The translations under genes were made by a program, and so were the position numbers. The notes below the pieces were generated by a model that saw nothing but the letters and a program-made list of their open reading frames with translations, did no database searches and was not told the origin of the DNA. From contig OZ244872.1 in the NCBI GenBank assembly GCA_965221215.1, forward strand, positions 1,867,601 through 1,931,600: DNA of 64,000 nucleotides, written 5' to 3'. Source of the DNA: Candidatus Aldehydirespirator sp. Lineage in GTDB: Bacteria; Actinomycetota; Acidimicrobiia; Acidimicrobiales; Aldehydirespiratoraceae. Below are positions 1 to 6,554 of the stretch, in pieces; within the stretch, counting starts at the first letter, position 1; every line of letters begins with the position of its first letter.

Positions 1-2827
1 TCGACCAGCCAGCCCTGTCAAGGACCTGGCTCGCGATGGCGAGGCCCAGGCCGCTGCCACCCGGCTTGGTGGTGAAGCCGAAGTCGAAGACTCGCTCAGC
101 TAGATCCTCGGCGATTCCCGGCCCGGTGTCCCGGTAGATGAGCGCGTCCCCGCGTTTGCTCAACTCGATGAGGCTCTCAGAAGCGTCCGGTCCGGTGCTT
201 TGGATCCAGTACAGGCTGTTGTCGACGAGGTTGATGAACACCGGATAGAACGTCGATGCGTAGCCGGTGATCTTGGCGGCTTCGAACTCGCGGTTTGCGC
301 GGATCTCGGTGTGTGTGGCACGAAGGCGCGCGCGGAAGAGCTCGTTAAGAAAGCGGGCGATGTCACTCCCCTTGATCGTCGTCTTGGTGCGTCTCAGTCG
401 CCGCTGCATCGGCGTCAGCAGCGTGAGGTAGCTGTCGAGATGGTCGAAGTCCCGCCGCAGATCCTCGTAGAGCCCGACCAGCTGAGGATTCTTCTTCGCC
501 CAGGATCCAACCCTTCGCACATCGCTTCGTATGTTGGAGACTGTCGCTCGAAACTCGTGGTCAACCACCGCCAGAGCCAGCCCCAGCTGCACGTATTCGA
601 GTTGGTCGTCGGCCTGGGCTCGAAGTTCGACGATCTCAGCGTCGGCGGCGGCCGCTAGCTCCGTCGGGGCCGGGGCACCGCTGGTGAACACCACATCGCT
701 CGCTCGAAGGAGGTTGGCGACTCGTGACAGCGCCCTGCGGGAGTCGGCGGCCAGCGAGTCCAGGTCCTGCTCGAACTGAGCCTGCTCGCGGATCCAGCCT
801 GTGCTCGCCGAACCGCTCGGACGGGCTATGCCTGCGAGGCGCTTGTCGAAGTCGGCTCGCAGTGTTCGGAGCGCGGCGGTTGCGTTTGCGTTCAACGCCG
901 ACAGCGCTCGGTCGGCATCAGTCTGGGAGGCTGTGATCTCTTCCGTTGCCGCCGCGATCCTCCGCTTGACGAACCGGTCCCGTTCCTGCTCATCGGCCTC
1001 GCGTGCGGCTAGGCGAGCCTCAGTGGCCCCTGCCAGATCGTCGACCAGCTCGAGGGCCGGCCGCACATACGACTCTTCCACATCCGCCGCACCACGTTCG
1101 ACAAACGACAAGTCTTGGCGCATCGGCCCGGACGCTGCGAAGCCCTCCGGCTCGTCGACCTGGAGCGGTGTGACCACCTGGCGCAGGGCTCGTCTGGCCC
1201 GCGCGACCTCTTGCGCCGCTGGCTGAAGGCGATCGGCAGCCGCAAGCTGCGTGCTGAGGTGCTCAACTATCGCTGAAGTCCGTTCCTGGAAATCAGTCTC
1301 GGACAGGTACTCGGCCGCTGATGCCAGCTGTGAACGCAGCCGCCTGCGCCCTGCCGCAGCCTGCCTCTGACGCTCCTTTCGGAGCTTGTCCTCTCGAACT
1401 AGACGTTCGCGGCCCAGCTCGTAAGCGCTGACCTGCGCAGCCTCGCCTCTGAAGTATGTGGCGGCAAGCTGAATGAGGAGGTTGATCAGGAGTTGGCGAA
1501 AGTCGGAGTAGGCACGGCCCGACTTGAAACCCTCCCTGCCCGCCTTCTCCTGTAGGCCAGAGTTCTGCTGGCTCGCAAGGCTCACGGCGCCGAACATCCG
1601 CCGATAGGAGAAGAAGTAGTACGCAGCACCCAAGGAACGGCGCTCCTCGATCTCCAGGTAGTCGAAGTCAGGACGGCCGTAAGGCTGAACCCTGATCCCG
1701 TCCATGTAGACGTACAGGCCACCGAGTCGCCGCAGCTTGGCGTTCATGGAACCAAACGCCTCGGGGTCGAGCCTCGACTCGCTGGCCAAGCCCTGCACCA
1801 CTCCGATTTCGAACGAGAACGGCCCGCAACGCGGCCGCAACGAGTCCGGGCACCTGACATTGAGGTCCGCTGCCTCCTCGTCGAAGATCCTGATCGTGCC
1901 GATGAAGTCGCCGTCCTCGTCGAATTCGCCGTGGATGTGGTGATCTGCTTCCTCAAAGTCCGCCGGTCCGAAGAAGTCGTCGGGCCGCAACAGGCTCTCA
2001 GAGTCGCCGCCGCCCCGGTGATCGACGAAGTCGACGGCGAAGTCGGGGGTAGAGGCCTCGCCGAGCCAGGCGTCGGTGAAGCCGTGCAGCGTTCTCTCGA
2101 ACAGCGATGCTTCCTTAGATCCAGGGGCTCCGATCTCCGCGGCCAGATCCTCCGAAACCGAAGAGACCAGGAACACGGTGCCGGTAGCGCCGAGTGGTCC
2201 CAGGCCGGGGATGGTCCCGTACGGGTCGTCCTGCAACGCGTCCAACGTCGCCTGGATGCCGTCCAGCGCCTGCGTCCACCTCGTCGTTCGACTACGCCGC
2301 CGGAAGCGATTCAGCGCCTCCGCCAGCGGTGCCTTCAGACGGGCCACATCGGCCGCAGTCGGCTGATCGCCGTCGAGTTCCACCAGGCCGACAGGCACTT
2401 CGTCCAAATCGATGCCCGGAAGCTCGAACATCTTCCAGTTGACCAGCGCGGCCACCGCTGGGCAGCCATCCCGCTTGGACACGACCAGGACCTGGCTGCC
2501 GAGAGCACCGATGGCGAACCGGCCGATGCCCTTCTCGCCGAGTTGCACTCTCGGGGTCATCCCTGCGGGTCTTGGCGTCGAGTCGCGCTCCAGCTTCGAC
2601 TCAGTCGCGATCGTGAGCCATGCGCGCTCGAACGTCTCGCGGTCCATCCCGACACCGTCGTCGCTCACCACAAGCACGTTGGGAACTCGGAAGAAGTCGG
2701 CGATCGCGGCGGTGGCGTATGCGTCGTGGGCGTTCTTGAACAGCTCGCTGAGAGCCGTGGGAAGATTGGCGATCTGCTGCCGTCCCAGCATGTCGACCGC
2801 TCGGGCCCGGGCCCGGAAGGCTGTCAT
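1..2827 (-). CDS. Double GHKL ATPase: N-terminal MORC/HSP90-like ATPase module plus C-terminal histidine-kinase-like module (H-box-like + HATPase_c). The 3' end runs off the window.
   Basis: Minus-strand frame is open from ATG 2827..2825 to the window edge. It is absent from the ORF track because no stop lies in the window; the frame was hand-checked at three places. N-terminal motifs: LSELFKNAHDAYA (N-box), VVSDDGVGM (DxGxG), GEKGIGRF. C-terminal motifs: VVDHEFRATVSNIRSD (H-box-like), INLVDNSLYW, YRDTGPGI, KPGGSGLGLAIA. The start overlaps the dcm stop (ATGA). Confidence 0.7.
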   Translation of the reverse strand, partial: MTAFRARARAVDMLGRQQIANLPTALSELFKNAHDAYATAAIADFFRVPNVLVVSDDGVGMDRETFERAWLTIATESKLERDSTPRPAGMTPRVQLGEKGIGRFAIGALGSQVLVVSKRDGCPAVAALVNWKMFELPGIDLDEVPVGLVELDGDQPTAADVARLKAPLAEALNRFRRRSRTTRWTQALDGIQATLDALQDDPYGTIPGLGPLGATGTVFLVSSVSEDLAAEIGAPGSKEASLFERTLHGFTDAWLGEASTPDFAVDFVDHRGGGDSESLLRPDDFFGPADFEEADHHIHGEFDEDGDFIGTIRIFDEEAADLNVRCPDSLRPRCGPFSFEIGVVQGLASESRLDPEAFGSMNAKLRRLGGLYVYMDGIRVQPYGRPDFDYLEIEERRSLGAAYYFFSYRRMFGAVSLASQQNSGLQEKAGREGFKSGRAYSDFRQLLINLLIQLAATYFRGEAAQVSAYELGRERLVREDKLRKERQRQAAAGRRRLRSQLASAAEYLSETDFQERTSAIVEHLSTQLAAADRLQPAAQEVARARRALRQVVTPLQVDEPEGFAASGPMRQDLSFVERGAADVEESYVRPALELVDDLAGATEARLAAREADEQERDRFVKRRIAAATEEITASQTDADRALSALNANATAALRTLRADFDKRLAGIARPSGSASTGWIREQAQFEQDLDSLAADSRRALSRVANLLRASDVVFTSGAPAPTELAAAADAEIVELRAQADDQLEYVQLGLALAVVDHEFRATVSNIRSDVRRVGSWAKKNPQLVGLYEDLRRDFDHLDSYLTLLTPMQRRLRRTKTTIKGSDIARFLNELFRARLRATHTEIRANREFEAAKITGYASTFYPVFINLVDNSLYWIQSTGPDASESLIELSKRGDALIYRDTGPGIAEDLAERVFDFGFTTKPGGSGLGLAIASQVLDRAGWS

Positions 2828-3951
2828 GCGGCTTGCCTTGTGATCTCGGGAGTGCCGTCACCCCTCGGCGCACGCTGGCCTCGGGCGCTGGCGGTCCGCG
2901 TGCCCGCGAACGTCTCGGCGTGCTCCATCAGATGGTGGCCAAAGCGACGTGCGAGCGCGACAGGGACCGCGTTGCCGATCTGTCTCGCCTGTGAGGCCAA
3001 GCTCCCGAAGAACCTGAACTCGGTGGGGAACGTCTGCAGTCGTGCCGCCTCGCGGACACTCAGCGCCCGGTCCTGGTCCGGGTGGCCGAAGCGCCCGTTG
3101 CTGTAGCTGATGCACTTCGTGGTCAAGGTCGGGGCCGCCTTGTCCCAGCTCAACCGGCCGTACACGTCGGTGTGGCCGTCGAAGCCGCCCCGGTGGCAGT
3201 CGGGCCACAGACGCGCGGGCCAGTCCCGGCGGTCGCCTCCCTCGGGCGTCGCACGGATCCGGGAGAGGTTCAAGCTCGACAGCCCCATGGCCCGGTGGCT
3301 GCTCACGTCAGCGTCTTCCTGCCCAGCTGCGATGGGAGGCAGATCGCCGATCCAGTCACGGACCGTAGGGTGGGGGCGCTCGGCGCCGGGACCGTGCGTG
3401 GGGGCTGGCATGTCGATGGGCCCGAGACGGCTCGCCAACAGGACGAACCGCCGCCTTGTCTGGGGCACCCCGTAGTCGGCGCTGGTGATCGTGTCGCAGA
3501 CGACATGGTGCGTCTTGGAGATCTCGTCCACAAACTCCGCTAGAGGGCCCTGCGAGGCGGTAAGGCGCTGCATCCCCGGAACATTCTCCACGAAGATCAA
3601 CTCGGGGTTCAGGGACTCGACGAACCTGAGGAACTCCAGCAGAAGGAATGAGCGGCCGTCGCCGTTGGTCGGCGCGTGGCGGTGGCCGGCGAAGGGCTGG
3701 CAGGGTGCGCACCCCGCGAACAGCCTGATCTGCCTTCCCGACAGCGGCAGCGCAGCTTGAACCTCGTCCGCCTCAAGATCGCGGATGTCCCGTTCGACGA
3801 CGGCAGTCTTCGGAAAGTTCAGCCGGAACGTCGCCGCCGCGTCCGGCTCCCAGTCGATGGCCAGTTCGGGCGCGATACCGGCATGGGCGAAGCCCAGCGA
3901 CGTCCCGCCGCAGCCCGAGAAGAAGTCCGCCAGGACGACATCGGCCCTCAT
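2824..3951 (-). CDS. DNA (cytosine-5)-methyltransferase (Dcm family)
   Basis: 375-aa ORF with the canonical C5-MTase motifs: FFSGCGGTSLGF (I), GCAPCQPFAG (IV, PCQ), FVENVPGM (VI), QTFP, GNAVPV (X). Confidence 0.9.
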   Translation of the reverse strand: MRADVVLADFFSGCGGTSLGFAHAGIAPELAIDWEPDAAATFRLNFPKTAVVERDIRDLEADEVQAALPLSGRQIRLFAGCAPCQPFAGHRHAPTNGDGRSFLLLEFLRFVESLNPELIFVENVPGMQRLTASQGPLAEFVDEISKTHHVVCDTITSADYGVPQTRRRFVLLASRLGPIDMPAPTHGPGAERPHPTVRDWIGDLPPIAAGQEDADVSSHRAMGLSSLNLSRIRATPEGGDRRDWPARLWPDCHRGGFDGHTDVYGRLSWDKAAPTLTTKCISYSNGRFGHPDQDRALSVREAARLQTFPTEFRFFGSLASQARQIGNAVPVALARRFGHHLMEHAETFAGTRTASARGQRAPRGDGTPEITRQAA

Positions 3952-4446
3952 CGGCCCTCATCGGCTCCGCTCGGCAACCCTGCACGCTTGGTGCTGCTCA
4001 TCTTGGTCAATCTAGTGGAGGGCTGCGACAGGTCACCGGCAAGCCGCCCGGCGCTTCCGAGGCTCGCAGTCAGTGAGACCTGGGTACGGACTGGTTTGCA
4101 CTCGGCCCACGACCGAATGTGCCGAGCGATGGCTGGAGGCCGTCGCCATCGTAGACACTACTGACAGGTTGTTGTCCTCATGATGCTCTGATATATCTAG
4201 CTCCATGCTGAGTCACAGCAGGTCTGAGCGCGACGGCAGGACTGCAGTTGGTGCCGATGCCGACGGCGACCTTCTCGACGACTTCTCGGAGTGGGACGAC
4301 TACATCCCCGATGGCATCCACATCTCCGATGCCGAGAGGCAGAGGCTCCATAGGGAGCACGAGAAATACGTTGCTGAACTGATTGAGGAAGTCGGCGAGC
4401 CGACGCCCGAGGAGATGGCGCAGGCGGAGGCCTGGTGGGGCCCGAT

Positions 4447-5889
4447 GGTGGCGTCTCATCGCCGGTGTAATAGCAGCAGGGGCGTAGGTTCCTTCGAGAA
4501 CCTCAACTCAAGAAGGAGACCTACGCCCGTGCCTGCACGAGTATCGCCCACAGAAGCTGTCCGCGCCGAGATCGACGAGTTGTTCGGCTCGGGCCGCGAC
4601 ATCGCCGAGGTGCTCGAGGAGGTGATGCGCCTGTCGGCGCGGCTCGTGTTGCAGCAGGTCCTCGAGGACGAGGTCACCTCCTGGCTGGGCCGGGGCTGGA
4701 ACTCCCGCGCCGGCGGCGGGCGGGCCGGGCAGCGCAACGGCTACGGCGAGGTGACGGTCAAGACCACCGCGGGGCCCCTGGCGCTGAAGCGCCCGAAGCT
4801 GCGCAACACCACCGAGGCGTTCGCGTCGCAGTTGCTGGGCAAGGGCGTGGTGCGCAGCGAGCCGTTGGAGGCGCTGGTGATCTCGGCGTGGGTGCGGGGC
4901 CTGTCAGACCGCGACATCGAGGCCCTGTTGGCGGAGGCGCTGGGACCGGAGGCCGCCTTGTCGAGGTCCACCGCGTCGCGGATCTGCGCGCGGCTGCGCG
5001 ACGAGTTCGACACGTTCCGCAGCTCAGACCTCTCCGATATCGAGCTGGATTACCTGTTCGTTGACGGCAGCCACTTCAAGATGCACGGCGGGTCGCGCGC
5101 TGAGCCGGTGCTGGTCGCCTACGGCATCACCACCCTCGGGCGGCCGGTGCTGCTGGCCGTGGAGCCCGGCGGCGACGAGTCCTATGACGCCTGGGCCGGG
5201 TTCCTCGACGACCTCGCCGAACGGGGGCTGCGGTCCCCGCTGCTGGTCGTCTCAGACGGCGCGGCAGGCCTGATCGGCGCCGTCGAGCAGAAGATGCCGC
5301 AGTCGCTGCGCCAGCGGTGCCTCATCCACCGCGCCCGCAATGTCTTGGCCAAGGTCCCCGCCGGTCGCCGCGACGAACTCAAGGCCGCGTTCTGGGCGAT
5401 CTTCGACCTCGACGACGACATCGAGCCCGGCCAGGAAGCGGTGAGCGCAGCACAAGCCGGCATCGACGGCTTCGCCCGCCGCTACCAGCGCGAGTTCCCC
5501 GCCGCCGTGCGCTGCCTGCTCGCAGACCGCCAAGCGCTCACCGCGCACCTGCGGCTCCCCGCCGCACACTGGCGCAGGATCCGCCACACCAACCTGATCG
5601 AGCGCACCTTCGGCGAGACCCGCCGACGAGTCAAAGTCATCGGCCGGCTCCCCGGCGAAGCGTCCTGCCTCACACTGGTCTGGGCCGTGCTCGACCGGGC
5701 CTCAAACGGCTGGCGAGGCCTCACCTACACACCCGCCATCGCCCGAGCCCTCACCGAGCTGCGCCACCAACTCCACCAACCCGCCCACACCAACACCGAC
5801 CAGCCCGACCACACCGTCACACGCGCCGCCTAACATGACCACCGGAACCTGCGCCCCAACCGCTATTACACCCAATCTGGGACGCCACC
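4447..5889 (+). mobile_element. IS256-family insertion sequence, copy 1 (1443 bp)
   Basis: Imperfect 28-bp terminal inverted repeats, 22/28 matching: GGTGGCGTCTCATCGCCGGTGTAATAGC (4447..4474) versus the reverse complement of 5862..5889. Flanking direct repeat GGGCCCGAT (4438..4446 and 5890..5898). Differs from copy 2 at only two positions seen (5660, 5731). Confidence 0.9.
4529..5833 (+). CDS. IS256-family (Mutator-type) transposase
   Basis: GTG start 7 nt after AAGGAGA. Typical IS256 transposase sequence: VLEDEVTSWLGR.., YLFVDGSHFKM, LVVSDGAAGL, QRCLIHRARNVL, TNLIERTFGETRRRVKVIGRLPGE. Confidence 0.85.
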   Translation: MPARVSPTEAVRAEIDELFGSGRDIAEVLEEVMRLSARLVLQQVLEDEVTSWLGRGWNSRAGGGRAGQRNGYGEVTVKTTAGPLALKRPKLRNTTEAFASQLLGKGVVRSEPLEALVISAWVRGLSDRDIEALLAEALGPEAALSRSTASRICARLRDEFDTFRSSDLSDIELDYLFVDGSHFKMHGGSRAEPVLVAYGITTLGRPVLLAVEPGGDESYDAWAGFLDDLAERGLRSPLLVVSDGAAGLIGAVEQKMPQSLRQRCLIHRARNVLAKVPAGRRDELKAAFWAIFDLDDDIEPGQEAVSAAQAGIDGFARRYQREFPAAVRCLLADRQALTAHLRLPAAHWRRIRHTNLIERTFGETRRRVKVIGRLPGEASCLTLVWAVLDRASNGWRGLTYTPAIARALTELRHQLHQPAHTNTDQPDHTVTRAA

Positions 5890-5928
5890 GGGCCCGATCA
5901 AGGAGCACCTGCAGAAGGGCTCCCACAG

Positions 5929-6315
5929 GTGAGCGTCCTAGTCCTCGACTCGGGTGCAGTCACCAGCCTGGCACGCCGAGACCCTCGACGCGCGGCGAGC
6001 ATTCGCCATTCCGGCGATGGCAGCCCGCAACTCACAGTTGTTCCCGCAGTCGTTCTGGTCGAGTGTCTTTCGGGGCGTCAGCGCACCGACGCGGTGGTCA
6101 ATCGCTTCTTGAAGAAGTGCAAGGTCTTGGACGCTCCCGATGAGAAGCTGGCTCGGCGGGCTGGTGCCCTGCGAGCGCAGGCCGGTCGGGGCTCAGCCGT
6201 TGACGCGGTGGTAGTAGCGCTGGCAGAGCCGGGCGGAGCGGTTCTCACCCACGACATCGAGGATCTGCAAGCGCTGGCCTCCCACGCCCGTGAGGTGACC
6301 GTCTTCGCCGCCTAG
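5929..6315 (+). CDS. PIN-domain toxin (VapC-like)
   Basis: 128 aa with the acidic residues in PIN order: VLVLDSGA, VVLVECL, SAVDAVVVALA, LTHDIEDL. GTG start overlaps the stop of the upstream IS-split gene. Confidence 0.75.
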   Translation: MSVLVLDSGAVTSLARRDPRRAASIRHSGDGSPQLTVVPAVVLVECLSGRQRTDAVVNRFLKKCKVLDAPDEKLARRAGALRAQAGRGSAVDAVVVALAEPGGAVLTHDIEDLQALASHAREVTVFAA

Positions 6316-6554
6316 CCGGTCCGGTCGTCACGATCCGCGAGAGGCTCGCTCTCCAGGCCGAGCGCAGCCATGAAGGCGGCGGCTTCCTCGTCGGAGATCG
6401 TGTCGTCCTGAAGCTCCTCAACAGACTCGACAACGCCCACGCCCTGCGCTTGGGCGAGTTCTTCGAGCGACCGCATGGACCAGAAGTCCTCGCTATCGGA
6501 TCCACCCGCCAATGCCTGGCCGGGCTGGGGCGGCGGCTGTCCGGGCCCGGTCAC
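6312..6554 (-). CDS. Small acidic protein (80 aa), antitoxin-like composition, co-transcribed with the DUF1156 methylase
   Basis: ATGA overlap with the stop of the 932-aa gene. The segment SLEELAQAQGVGVVESVEELQDDTISDEEAAAF recalls short actinobacterial antitoxins (from memory, unverified). Its stop overlaps the PIN stop on the other strand (CTAG at 6312..6315). Confidence 0.5.
   Translation of the reverse strand: MTGPGQPPPQPGQALAGGSDSEDFWSMRSLEELAQAQGVGVVESVEELQDDTISDEEAAAFMAALGLESEPLADRDDRTG

Larger units (their letters stand above)
4205..5932 (+). pseudogene. Small gene (91 aa when restored) upstream of the PIN toxin, split by an IS256-family insertion; putative antitoxin by position only.
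   Basis: The 542-aa ORF is a chimera of 80 host codons read into the IS. Removing 4447..5889 and one TSD copy joins 4205..4446 to 5899..5932. That gives 276 nt in frame (..AWWGPIKEHLQKGSHR*), and the TGA overlaps the GTG of the PIN gene (GTGA). Confidence 0.6.

Noticed and set aside
1931-3106. 391-aa plus-strand ORF and other plus-strand ORFs in 200..3100
   Set aside because: These are shadow ORFs opposite the long minus-strand GHKL gene and dcm, with Arg/Gly/Pro-rich translations and no motifs.
4205-5833. 542-aa ORF taken as a single long transposase
   Set aside because: The first 80 codons belong to a host gene read through the IS left end. The same IS at 15394 has a different upstream context. 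The transposase most likely starts at the SD-preceded GTG (4529 / 15476).
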